Assembly (NCBI RefSeq): GCF_004010195.1
Contig: NC_057718.1
Span: 84,191,730-84,232,893 of the forward strand
DNA from: Chiloscyllium plagiosum
Lineage: Eukaryota
Direction of reading: 5' to 3'
DNA: 41,164 bases
Numbering within the stretch: the stretch's first letter is position 1; every line of letters begins with the position of its first letter. The notes below the pieces were generated by a model. That model was not told the DNA's origin and did no database searches. It was given only the letters and a program-made list of their open reading frames with translations. Position numbers and translations under genes: made by a program. This document shows, piece by piece, positions 1 to 11,120 of this stretch.

Positions 1-727
1 CAAAGAAACTTTATTTTACGGTGTACTGTATTTTAAGATCTTTCAGAGCTGCATTCTGTATTTACATAGCTTGGTTTTGTGATATAAATATCTGTTTTAT
101 TGTTAAAGAAAATCTGCAGCCTATGTTTCAGTGAATGATCATTTTAACTAAAATTAGAAAAAAATAATGAAGCCATGTTTCATCCTGTGACCTGTCCAGC
201 TGTATGATTAGGTGGGGTCATAATAAGTTCCATAATTTTGAAACTTGGTGTATAAATGACCAAGAGGTTGTGTCATTAATCTTGATTTCAATACTGAAAT
301 CTAAGGCAGATAAAGAGCATGAGGGATGATAAATTTGGAATTTAGAAAATTTTGGTGAAGCACTAGCCATATTAATATTATAGAATGAAAGCAGAAGTCA
401 CATTCTAATGGTGAGAGAAATTACCAATTGAACCACAAGCCTTTTCCTGTATCCTGGTCAGCATTGTAAGATATTTGCTAGAAAACTGTAGGCAGCTATG
501 ATTGGAGTATTCACATCTTAAATAGACTTTGGTTTGGTTTAGACTCCCAAGAAAAAGCAAGTGTTAACCAAAATTATGGGCAGCTGATCCTCTACATGAT
601 GAGTTTTTAATCCCTTCAGATTGTAATAAGTGGTTGATCCACAGAGCCTAAAAAGTCTCATAAAAAGAAAGCCAGAGGAGAATTATCAGGGTTCCAGCAC
701 CTGGCTTCAGACCAACAAATGTTACCT

Positions 728-965
728 TGCGGCACCAGGGACCCAGGTTCAGTTCCAGCCTCTGGCGACTGTCTGTGTGGAGTTTGCACATTCTCCCTGT
801 GTCTGTTTCCTCCCACAGTCCAAAGATGTGCAGGTTAGGTGCATTAATCAGGGGTAAATGTAGAATAATGGGGAATGGGTTTAGGTGGGATACTCTTCGG
901 AGGGTTGGTGTGGACCTGTTGGGCCGATGGGCCTGTTTCCACACTGTCGTGATTCTATGCTTCTA
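728..965 (+). mobile_element. HE1-like (V-SINE) tRNA-derived SINE, 5'-truncated with an internal deletion
   Basis: Aligns by eye with the copy at 6715-7020. Has a B-box-like GGTTCAGTTCC, the core GTGTGGAGTTTGCACATTCTCCC...CCCACAGTCCAAAGATGTGCAGGTTAGGT, and a CR1-type tail TGGGCCGATGGGCCTGTTTCCACACTGT followed by GATTCTAT. Confidence 0.85.
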
Positions 966-1180
966 CAAATTCATGCAATTCCAATATTTTGAGCAGAGAG
1001 AGTTTGGCACAGCGATATGTGATTTTCTAAACAAATTTTATTTGTGGATATTTAATAAATTTAATTTAGTCTTATTATTTTTATGTTTTATTAATACAGA
1101 ATATTTCAAATAACTTTACCATTTTCAAAGTATTACTGATAAACGTTTTTCGGTGAAATAAACTGACTATTCCCTTCCAG

Positions 1181-1354
1181 GTGTGTGATACATCCACTGC
1201 ACTCTTCACTGTCCAGTGAGGAGCAACAAGCTGTCTTCTCACGCCCTCCTAAAGGCACTACCAAGATTATAATTTCCACCAACATTGCTGAAACGTCAGT
1301 TACCATTGATGATGTTGTTTATGTTATTGATTCTGGGAAGATGAAAGAAAAGAG
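1181..1354 (+). CDS. DHX57: DHX57 coding exon (first in window), helicase C domain with motif V
   Basis: ccttccag acceptor and AG|gtacag donor. Translates [58 protein letters not shown]. Phase 2 at both ends. Confidence 0.95.
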
Positions 1355-2111
1355 GTACAGAATAATATACATATCTTTTTAAGAATTTATATATAATATG
1401 TTCAGACCTTTTGGAGACAGTGAAGCATGGGTTAAGGTGTCATCTTTTAAACTCTTAGCAAAATTTTAATTCCTTATAGACTACCACCTTGTGCTCAGGG
1501 TTATTATGATTGATTTGAATTGTTATTAATCCAGACATAATAAACTTGTGGCTGTTGATTACACACTCATTGAGATGTGGATTTTTAAGAACGCTGATGT
1601 TCTTTGTTTGTGATAAACTGAGTATATATGTGAGTGCTTATGAATCTGTGGCAAAAGAACCAGAGAAGAATTGTGAAGACATTCCTTCATGCACAGCCAG
1701 AAAAAATGGTGAAAATGAAAACTTTGCAGGGCTATGGAGAAAGAGCAGTGGTGTAGGACTAATTAAGTTGCTCTTTCAAAAACATAATAGTCCTAGTCAA
1801 CTCTGGTGCTTTGGAAACATCATTGTTGATTGTCAACAGTAATTGAGAATATTTTTGACACAAAGAACTGGCCTGAGGGCTATCTGCACCAAACTGAAGT
1901 AGAAAGAAACCTTCAACAAAATTGTAGCATTTGGAAGCAGTTTTAAACGGATGAAGAGAGGTAATGAGATCCCAAATGGTACAGACCACAGGGCAGAAAA
2001 TAGTAAAAAGGTGGATATGAATACAGAAGTCCAGAGACTTAGACCCAGGAGAAAAAAGACACTTAGACATTGGAAATGATCCCATACTTAAGAAGACACA
2101 CACGTATGATG

Positions 2112-2247
2112 AACAAGGTCAGAAATTAAACAACACCAGGTTATAGTCCCAACAGGTTAATTTCAAATAAACCTGTTGGGCTATAACCTGGTGTCATTTG
2201 ATTTCTGGCTTGTCCACCCCAGTCCAACAACGGCATGTCCAAATCAT
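2112..2247. mobile_element. Fold-back mini-element, probable Penelope-like pseudo-LTR derivative, with 8-bp TSD
   Basis: ~52-bp inverted arms (2111-2163 and 2165-2215; CACCAGGTTATAG...CTATAACCTGGTG). Flanked by GTATGATG at 2104-2111 and 2248-2255. Confidence 0.75.
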
Positions 2248-2349
2248 GTATGATGGAAGCATTAATAGCCAGAATGCTGTATCATTAGGGAACTGTGATA
2301 TAGCGCAACATGAGTCTTATTTGACTTCTCATATTCTTGTTTACTGCAG

Positions 2350-2550
2350 GTATGACCCATGCAAGGGGATGGAGAGCCTCGAGGATACCTGGGTGTCAAG
2401 GGCTAATGCCCAGCAGAGGATGGGCCGTGCTGGCCGTGTAGCCTCAGGGGTCTGTTTCCATCTGTTTACCAGTCACTGGTACCGTAACCAATTACAGGAA
2501 CAGCAGTTGCCAGAGATCAAAAGGGTGCCACTGGAACAGCTTTGTCTAAG
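2350..2550 (+). CDS. DHX57: DHX57 coding exon with motif VI (QRMGRAGR)
   Basis: ctgcag acceptor and AG|gtggag donor. Translates YDPCKGMESLEDTWVSRANAQQRMGRAGRVASGVCFHLF...PLEQLCLR, in frame with neighbouring exons. Confidence 0.95.
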
Positions 2551-2659
2551 GTGGAGACAGTTTTGATATAGTCCTAAAAGTTACATATTCACTAAAATGT
2601 GAAGAAAATCATGTCAATTCCAAATTAACAAGTTGGTAGCTGTGTAAAATGTAAAACTA

Positions 2660-3022
2660 TAATTTGCATTTTTGTTGCATCTTTTGTGATCTTAGGGAAC
2701 TAACACATTATGTGTGGAAATATTTTTGAAGTTTGTAATTCAGGAATGTGGAGCCAGTTTGCGTACAGGTAGATCCCTTAAACATTGTGGTAATGACTGG
2801 ACTACTTGTTTTTAATGCTAATGTTTGGGGGATGAATGTTGAACGTGCAAATCTCATTGCTTCATTTTAAGATACTACCAAGGGATCTTTGATGCCTCTG
2901 TTTAATGTCTCAGGTGAAATGTAGATTCCTTGTACTGGAGTGTTCATCTTTTATTTTTGTGCTCCAGTCCCTAGAGTTGAATTTTAACCACAATGTTTTT
3001 ATTTGGAGTGCTACCAACTGAT
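2660..3022 (-). mobile_element. Degenerate DeuSINE (SacSINE1/AmnSINE1-like)
   Basis: Reverse complement resembles the + copy at 21118-21450. GCCAGTTTGCGTACAGGTAGATCCC corresponds to the Deu core GGGATCTTGCTGTGCGCAAATTGGC, and a tRNA-like head remnant lies near 2960-3020. Confidence 0.55.
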
Positions 3023-3054
3023 TCATCTTAAAACCTTTCATATGAACAGATACA

Positions 3055-4140
3055 TAGCAAACAAACATACAAAATAAGAGCAAACGTAGATGTATTGGCC
3101 TCTCGGGTTTGGTCCACCATTCAGTAAGACCATGGCTGACCTGCGTGTTTCAAATTCCATATTCTCATCTATCCCCAATAGCCTTTAAATTTGGAATAAA
3201 CTATTTTGCCTTAAAAATACATCATGACCTCACCTCCACCATTCCAAAGTTGCTCAAACCTCTAAGAGAAAAAAAATCTCCTTATCTCTGACCCAACAAT
3301 GACCCCTAATTTAAAAATAGTGCTTTATCATTCTGGACTGACCAACCAGAGGAAAGTTCTTTCTACATCCACTTTATCCAGACACTCAGGATCTTATGCA
3401 CATCAATCAAATCACCCTGGATTCTTCTAAACTCCCAGTAGAAATGAGTTAAGTCTGACCAATCTATCCTCAGAGCAACCTACTCATGCCATGTATCGGT
3501 CTAGTAAACTGCCTCCAATGCATTTCCATCCTTCCTTAAATTTAGGAGGCCTGAATTATATGCAGTGTTAAGGACGTGTTTTCACCAATGTTCTCCATAA
3601 CTAAAGCATGACATCCTTACTTTTATGTTCAGCTGGTCTTGCTGTAAAGGGTAGCACCTCATTCACCACCTTACTTATGTGCTATATCTGCATGCTACAT
3701 TCTTGTTATTCACGCACTAGAATATCTAAATCCTTCTGAATCACAAAATTATGCAGCCATTCTCCATTTAAACAATACTCTGTTGTTCTTTCATTCCTTC
3801 ATGTGGAAGTGAACAACTTCATATTTTCCCACATTAGACTCCAACCACCAGATTTTTGCCCACTCATTACATCCATCCATGTTTCTCTGCAACTTCATGT
3901 CATCTTCACAACATGTTTTCCTACCTATCTTTGTGTCACTTGCAAATTTAGCTACCATGTCTTTACTCCCCTCGTCTCATGTATTCATGTAAATTGTAGA
4001 AATTCGAATCCCCCTGTGGGACTTTTGTTTATCAATTATGCAATCAGATTTTTGCATGCTTTCTTTTTTTTCTGCCAGCCAACCAGTGCTCTAACCAAAC
4101 CTATGTTATTCACCATACCAGAGCTTTTATTTTCCAGTAG
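3055..4140 (-). mobile_element. Old CR1 LINE 3' fragment
   Basis: Begins with the reverse complement of a CR1 3' tail (AAATAAGAGCAAACGTAG...CCATTCAGTAAGACCATGGCTGA). Similar to 34065-34540 and 19700-20340. No intact ORF. Confidence 0.6.
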
Positions 4141-4988
4141 GACCCTGACCTCAAGTTCACTTGGACCCTTTCCAGCCTGACCTTAAGTTCACCCAGACCA
4201 TCTTGGATTCCTCCCTCCCCTTCCGAGACCTCTCCATTTCCATTTCTGATGACTGATTCAACACATACATCTACTTCAAACCCACTGACGCCCACAGCTA
4301 CCTGGACCATACCTCCTCCCAACCTGCCTCCTGTAAAAATGCTATCCCTTATACCCAATTCCTCAGCCTTTGCCACACCTGCTCCCTGGAGGACCAATTC
4401 CATTCCAGAGCACCCCAAATGGCCTCTATTTCCCCTCCCACGTGGTCAACGATGCCCTCCAGCACATCCCCTCCACTTGCTGCACCTCTGCCCTTGAACC
4501 CCACACCTCCAATTGCAACAAGGACAGAACCCCTCTAGGTCCTCACCTTCCACCACCAACCTCCAGATACATCACATTATCCTCCACCATTTCCGCTGCG
4601 TACAAACAGATCCCACCACCAGGGATACATTTCCCTTCTCTCAGCCCCCCCCCCCCCCCCCCACCATCAGCATCTGTAGAGACCATTCCCTCTGCAACTC
4701 CCTTGATAGGTCCATGCCCCTTATCAACCTACCCTCCACTACTGGCACCTTCCCCTGTGCCCAAACCTCCCTCCCCCCCGTCCCCCCCACATCTCCATCC
4801 AAGTCCCCAAGGATCCTTCCACATCGAACAGAGATTTGCCTGTGCTTCCACACATGTCCTCTACTGTGTCCATTGCTCTCGATGTGGTCTCTTCTACATT
4901 GGGGAGACAGTGTGCCAACTTGCGGAACGTTTCAGAGAACATCTCTGGGACACCCACACCAAACAACCCCACCGCTCTATGGCCAAGT
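4141..4988 (+). mobile_element. Penelope-like retroelement 3' fragment (end of RT plus GIY-YIG endonuclease), decayed
   Basis: PDLKFT...SSLPF RT motif near 4144-4230 and HVLYCVHCSRCGLFYIGET...LAERFREH (GIY-YIG) near 4852-4943. C-rich, with frameshifts and an 18-C run at 4645-4662. Confidence 0.8.
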
Positions 4989-5055
4989 ACAGTTATGTGT
5001 ACAGGCTCCTGTTTATATATAGTATATTTTACTTAATTTAAACAAAAAATTATCC

Positions 5056-5132
5056 TATTTTTCTAATCAACTTGTTCAGAGATGTTATTACACATCTCTG
5101 GAGTAGGTGGGACTTGAACCTCGGCTCCTGGT
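5056..5132 (-). mobile_element. Short tRNA-derived SINE, 5'-truncated (same family as 35570 and 36520)
   Basis: Reverse complement reads GGTTCAAGTCCCACCTACTCCAGAGATGTGTAATAACATCTCTGAACAAGTTGATTAGAAAAATA, matching the two other copies. Confidence 0.75.
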
Positions 5133-5647
5133 AAGGTATTTGGTAAGAAATGTCACTGCGTGACATTGGTGCAACTTGGTGCAACTTATGTTTAGCCAAA
5201 AAAATGTAAGATTCAGCCCGTAGGGTCTTTCATATCAATTTGAGAGAACAAGCAAGAGAGTGATTCAGCATCTTTTCTAAAAGCTAGCGCCGCTGATGGT
5301 GCAGTGCTTTGTCAGTATTGCATTAGAGTCTGGCAGAGGTACACAAAATGGAGAAAAGGCTGAAGGTAAATGATAATGGCTAACTTGCTTTAAAAAACTG
5401 CAACAGAATAATTTATGTACTCATTTTCCTTTTGATTTTTATTGCTAGTATTCAGTATTTAACAAATTCTTGCTGTAATGTACTAAAACTTAAGTAATTT
5501 CTTTCCCGCAGGATGATATTATAATTTATGACTGCAGGCGTTTTAATTAGCTTTGCAGGTGATGCTCTGGATAATATTACATATCATTGATTGTGGAGAA
5601 TGAAAGAAGAATTTCAGTGTTTTAATTCTTTTTTTTTCTTTGTTTAG

Positions 5648-5924
5648 GATCAAAGTTCTGGACATTTTTGCAGATCATGACTTAGAGTCTGTTCTTTCTC
5701 GTCTGGTCGAACTGCCCATGGAAGAAGGGTTGAAAGCAGCTAAGAATCGGCTGCAGGATCTTGGGGCCCTCACACCAGATGAAAAGCTTACTCCCTTGGG
5801 GTATCACTTGGCCTTTTTACCAGTGGATGTCCGCATTGGAAAACTAATGTTATTTGGTGCCATCTTCCGTTGCCTTGATCCTGCACTTACCATTGCAGCC
5901 AGCTTAGCCTTTAAATCCCCCTTT
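5648..5924 (+). CDS. DHX57: DHX57 coding exon (winged-helix/HA2 region)
   Basis: T-rich tract with tttag acceptor and TTT|gtaagt donor. Translates IKVLDIFADHDLESVLSRLVELP...LTPLGYHLAFLPVDVRIGKLMLFGAIFRCLDPALTIAASLAFKSPF. Confidence 0.95.
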
Positions 5925-6134
5925 GTAAGTAAAATTAATCCTTCAGATTGAAGCCAGCACAAAAAAAGTACAGTTAAGCAATAACTTCTATTGAAACGGT
6001 TTGATATATAGTTGTACTTTATAGTTTAAGGTATCAGTTCTACTTGATCCTGTCTACGTATTGTAAAGTAACTGATTCATGATTAATAAACCCTGTAAAA
6101 TGGATAAACTATTTTTTTGTGAAAACAAGAAGGT

Positions 6135-6315
6135 AGTGCCTTATAATACCTCAGGATACCTAGACTTTTACAGCCAACTTAAGTACTTTTGAAGTGTAGT
6201 CACTGAAGTACTATTGGCAGTTGGCAGCCAATTTAATCACAGCAAGATCGCACAAACAAGATCTGATAATAGCCATATTATCAACTTTTTTAGTCAAAGA
6301 TTAAATATTCTCTTT
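6135..6315 (-). mobile_element. DeuSINE (SacSINE1/AmnSINE1-like) fragment
   Basis: TTTACAGCCAA...AAGTACTTTTGAAGTGTAGTCACTG...GGCAGCCAATTT...CACAGCAAGATCGCACAAAC is the reverse complement of the Deu core and tail. Confidence 0.7.
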
Positions 6316-6387
6316 TATGTGGCTCTTGAACACACAACCACCTGACAGAGAGATGAATACATTACCATTGCTCATAGGTTGATACCT

Positions 6388-6608
6388 GAGACAAAAATAG
6401 AAATTACTGGAAAAGCTCTGCAGGTCTGTCAGCATCTATGGAGAGAAATCAGAGTTAACATTTCGGGATGACTGACCGTTCCTCAGAATAACCCAAAACA
6501 TTAACTCTAATTTCTCTCCATAGACGCTGCCAGACCTGCTGAGCTTTTCCAGCAGTTTATTTTTTGGTCTCTGGTTTACAGCATCTGCAGTTCTTTTGGT
6601 TTTTAATC
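6388..6608. mobile_element. Fold-back mini-element, probable Penelope-like pseudo-LTR derivative, with 13-bp TSD and degenerate hammerhead core
   Basis: ~80-bp inverted arms (CTGGAAAAGCTC...GAGTTAAC and TTAACTC...GAGCTTTTCCAG). TAGGTTGATACCT at 6375-6387 and TAGGCTGATACCT at 6609-6621. Confidence 0.8.
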
Positions 6609-6714
6609 TAGGCTGATACCTAATTGGAACAGACACAATCTGTACAAAGAGATGTGAAAATGAGAACATGTAGATATAACTCAGAATTGTTTTCACGATT
6701 TTTAGTTTTCCTAT

Positions 6715-7020
6715 GGGTGGCACAGTGGTTAGCACTGCTGCCTCACAGCGCCAGAGACCCGGGTTCAATTCCCACCTCAGGCAACTGTCTTTGTGGAGTT
6801 TGCACATTCTCCCCGTGTCTGCATGGGTTTCCTCCAGGTGCTCCGGTTTCCTCCCACAGTCCAAAAATGTGCATGTTAGGTGAATTGGCCATGCTTAAAT
6901 TGCCTGTAGTGTTAGGTGAAGGGGTGAATGGGTCTGGGTGGGTTGCTCTTCGGAGGGTAAGTGTGGACTTGTTGGGCCGAAGTGCCTGTTTCCACACTGT
7001 AAATAAGTAATCTAATCTAA
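6715..7020 (+). mobile_element. HE1-like (V-SINE) tRNA-derived SINE, near full length
   Basis: A box TGGCACAGTGG, B box GGTTCAATTCC, V-domain core, CR1-like tail ending in (TAATC)n. Confidence 0.9.
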
Positions 7021-7167
7021 TATGTAACCTAATCTTTTGCAGTAAGTAAGGTGTCAAACCTCAAACAAAATTAGGAGAATAAAACAATGATATTTGCAGA
7101 ATTTAAGAGGTTAAATGAAAAACAGTTAATCGATGCTTCTAAATAGAATGGTCTGTGCCGTTGAAAG

Positions 7168-7263
7168 GTTTCTCCGTGGGATAAGAAGGAAGAAGCCAGA
7201 GTAAAGAAGTTGGAATTTGCTGTGGCTCATAGTGACTTCCTTGCTTTTCTCCAGGCCTACAAG
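7168..7263 (+). CDS. DHX57: DHX57 coding exon (not in the ORF track)
   Basis: ttgaaag acceptor and AAG|gtaaaa donor. Translates VSPWDKKEEARVKKLEFAVAHSDFLAFLQAYK, phase 0/0, and resembles the DHX57 orthologue sequence as I recall it. Confidence 0.92.
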
Positions 7264-8679
7264 GTAAAACTGCAGCCTTCTTCCTCACTCCTGCTGTATT
7301 GTTTCTGCATTGCTAATTCCTACCAAAGACAGTTTTTACTTGTAAATCTGTGATTGTATTTATCAGGATGAGGAATAAAGAGCAAAGATTTGAAGGCCGC
7401 TGAAAGCCATTGAGTTTTTTTCTTTTGTATTTGCTGTGCTCTCTCTGGTACATCTAAACCATTTAGCTGGACAGCCTGTGATAACTGGCCACAGGCTTTC
7501 TCTCTCCATATGACTAAGAATTTGGTCTTTTGTTCACCATGTCCCACTTACTGTCAGAAGAGAACTATATGCATACTTGTAAGGGAATATTTGCAGAGCC
7601 ATGAGGAAAGAAATGGATAATGAGAATAATTGGTTTTTCTATAGTGCTGATGCAGAAATGATTGACTGGATGAAATCTTCTGAATGGTTTGATGATGAAA
7701 GGATGGGGAGTGGAATTGCCAGTCCAAAAAAATCAATGTAGTTATGGGAGAAATGGATGATGTGTGTTGATTGATTTGGGAGGAGGTTCATGGAAAGCTG
7801 AAAGACCAGGACTGGCCTGTTGGGCAAATGATTTTGTATGCTACATACTGTTTAATGTCATTCTCATGCAGGTTGTCCGCATTCAAGACTTGTAAACAGT
7901 GTCTCAGTTTCCTAGGGATGTAATGTAAACAATTCAGGGGCTGAGTTGTTGCTATGAACGTTGACAGTCAACTTTAACAAGTTCCGTGCTGTTAATTTGA
8001 CTTTCTCCCTAGCATATTTCCAATCCTTTGTCACTCACCCCATCTCATTCTTGCCTTGTGTATAATCCTGTTGATTTACAGTAGCATCCTTTCGTACAGT
8101 TTTCTGAATGTAGTTGCATGTGCTCCAAGGTATAATTTTAACAGATCACATTTTATTTTTGAATGCATGATTCAAATATCTCTGCAGCTGTAGTGCAGTA
8201 AAGTTCAGCTAATTTTACAGCTGCTTTTTGAAGCTTTTGAGGCAGATGGATAATATATTAAGTTGATTCAGTAATGTTGTTTTTGAAGAACTGAACCTCT
8301 AAAATATTAAAATGATTTGTGCATTTTTTTTAGCAACAGTGAATTTCTCAAAAGTATTTTTGTTTATGCTTCTATGGATATGGACTTTGCTAGCTAGGCA
8401 AGTCTTTGATTCAGCAATTGTCCTTAAGAAGGTGGCTTTATTTCTGATAGCTTTCCATACAATGCTCAGATCATTGCAGAGGTCCAAAGATGGCACCTAA
8501 AGGATGCTGACAGATTTGTGACTCTGAGGACTTGCTCATTGGGCACTCTTGCTGCACATATTCTTGTTACATCATCATCTTGGTTAATTTTTAATACTTC
8601 CATAACTTTTCAATGTCAAAAATAAACAGTCTTTCATTCACAACCTCTTGGAGCTGCCAGATCTTCCCCGCACTCCTCA

Positions 8680-9270
8680 TGAAGATCTAGACACCCTTGC
8701 AGGGCCTCTTGGTCTCTGGATTGGTCAAAAGAATCACTAGGAGTATGGTCTGTTTAAAGCAAGGTTACCAGTTTAATAAATTAAGGCAGCTTGACGCAAA
8801 TTTGTCCAGCAACACGGAGGTTAAAAGCTTGTGTTCTGTGGAAAAGTGGTGCAATTACATTTGAAAATTACACATTATATAATTTTTAAGAGAGAGTACA
8901 GCCTTAATTACAAGAAAAAACCAATCACATATAATAAGGTGACATGATTTACAGCAGGTTAATCCAATGATATTCCCCGGGAAAGGATTCTTAATTTACA
9001 TAGAGCACCATCCCATGCAAGCAGTTCAAGATTAGTTCAAATACCAAATCATTGTCTTATGATTCATATTATGGAAAATCCATTGTTCTCTCTTATCTCT
9101 AAATACAACCAACTTAACAAAGCATCAGTTCAAGTTCACAGTGTCAAATCATTTACTTGCAGCCATTTTGTTGTGTTGTTTTAAATTGAAAAGCCATTTT
9201 GTGGTTAATAATAAATCTACAGATACTTGTTGCTTCTGACAACAGCCTAAATTCAAATTTTAGATCTTCA
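8680..9270 (-). mobile_element. Probable solo LTR (ERV-like), 591 bp
   Basis: Perfect 10-bp terminal inverted repeat TGAAGATCTA...TAGATCTTCA with a 4-bp TSD CTCA (8676-8679 and 9271-9274). In - orientation: CCAAT box 8921-8925, TATA 8875-8882, ATTAAA 8772-8777. Confidence 0.75.
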
Positions 9271-9487
9271 CTCACCGTGAACCACCCTGGCTCGTCTCTC
9301 TCTTGAATAATAATTAGGACTCTGTATTTTAAAGAAACTCCTCCATGTAGTCAAAATAATAGAAGCAGTGTTAATAACGTTTTCTTGACAGTGGAGTAAG
9401 TGTGATGATTGTTACTGAACCTGTTTGGATACACGCACTTGCGCCTGAACTTCCACGTAAAACTCAAAGAATCGGAATTCTCCCACA

Positions 9488-11120
9488 TTTACTGTGAAGA
9501 AGGATATAAATGCTAGAGAACTTAGGGAAATAAATAGGAATATATTTAAAAGAGTCCATATTACAGAAGAGGAGGTTCAGGCATCTTAAAACGCATAAAA
9601 ATGGATAATGCCCTGGAACTGTTCAGGTATATCCTAGAACTTTGTGGGAAGCCAGATAAGTGATTGCTGGGCCCCTCGCTGAGATATTTGTAACATCGAT
9701 GGCCCTGGGTGATGTGCCAGAAGGCTAGAGGTTGGCTAGCATGGTGCCATTATTTAAGAAAGGCTGTAAGGAAAGGCTAGGGAACTATAGACTGGTGAGC
9801 CTGACATCCGTGTTTGGTAAGTTGTTGGAAGAGCTTCTGAGGGACAGGATTTCCATGCATTTGATAAGGCAAGGATTAATTAGGGATAGTCAACATGGCT
9901 TTGTGTGTGAGAAATCGTGTCTCACTGACTTGAGTTTTTTGAAGAAGTGACAAAGAAGATTGATGAAGGCAGGACGGTGGACATTGTCTATATGGACTGA
10001 CACAAGGCATTTGATGAGGTTCCACATGGTAGACTGGTTAACAGGGTAGATCACATGGAATCCAGGGGCAGATAGCCAACTGGATACAAAATTCACTTCA
10101 AGATAGGAGACAGAAGGTGCTGATAGAGGCTTACTTTCCAAACTAGCAGTCTGTCACCAGCAGTGTGCTGCAAAGTTCGAAGCTGGGTCCACTGCTTTTC
10201 ATCATTTATATAAATAATTTGGATGTGAATATAGGAGGAGTGGTTAGTAAGTTTGCAGATGACACCAGAAATTGGTGGTTTTGGATAGTGACGAAGGTTG
10301 TTTCCGAGTACAGTGGGGCCTTGATCAGAGGAATGGTAGATGGAGTTGAATTTAGATAAATGTGAGGTGTTGCATTCTGGTAAGGCAAACCAGGGCAAGA
10401 CTTATACAGTTAATGGTATGGCACTGGGAAGGGCTGCTGAACAAAGGAACTAGGGGTGCAGGTTCATAGTTCCTTGAAAGTGGAGTTGCAGTTAGCCATA
10501 ATAGTGACGAAGATGTTGGGCACGCTTGCCTTCATTAGTCAGATCATTGACTAAAGGAGTTGGGAAGTCATGTTGCAATTTGGTGAGTCAACTTTTAGAA
10601 TACTCCTTTCAATTCTGGTCTCCTTGCTATAAAAGGACGTTGTTAAACTTAAAGGTTTCAGAAAAGATTTACAAGATGTTGCTGGGATTAGAAGGTTTGA
10701 GCTACAGAGAGAGGCTGAATAGGCTGGGGTGTTTATCCCTGGAGCGTCAGATGCTGAGTGGTAACCTTAGAGGTTTATAAAATCATGAAGAGCAAGGATA
10801 GGATGAATGGCCAAGGTTTTTTTTCCCCCAGGATAGGGCAATCCAAAACTAGTGGGCATTCATTTAAGGTGACTGGAAAGATTTAAAAGGTAACCTAAGG
10901 AGCAACTTTCTCACAGAGAAGTTGATGTGTGTATGGAATGAGCTGCTAAAGGAAGTGCTAGATGCTAATACAATTACAGCATTTAAAAGACATCTGGATG
11001 GGTACGTGAACAGAAAAGATTTAGAGGGAAATGGGTCAGCTGTTGGCAAATGGGACTCGGTCACTTTAGGTTATCTGGTAGGTATGTATGAGTTGGACTG
11101 AAGGGTCTGTTTTCTGTTTA
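9488..11120 (+). mobile_element. CR1 LINE (HER1-like), 5'-truncated, frameshifted RT plus 3' UTR
   Basis: Motifs VPLFKKG..LGNYRLVSLTSV, SQHGFV..KSCLT, LGPLLFIIYINNLD and KFADDT lie in shifting frames. The 3' end GTTGGACTGAAGGGTCTGTTT resembles the HE1 SINE tail. Confidence 0.9.

Noticed and set aside
630..1113. Overlapping ORFs of 75-128 aa (and similar ones at 6436-7057)
   Set aside because: They are translations of HE1-like SINEs, with no splice or protein-family support.
2410..2440. Motif VI reads QRMGRAGR instead of QRKGRAGR
   Set aside because: That position is variable in the QRxGRAGR consensus, so it is not evidence of altered function.
4370..5041. 223-aa proline-rich ORF as a novel gene
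   Set aside because: It is a frameshifted Penelope fragment plus a poly-C run.
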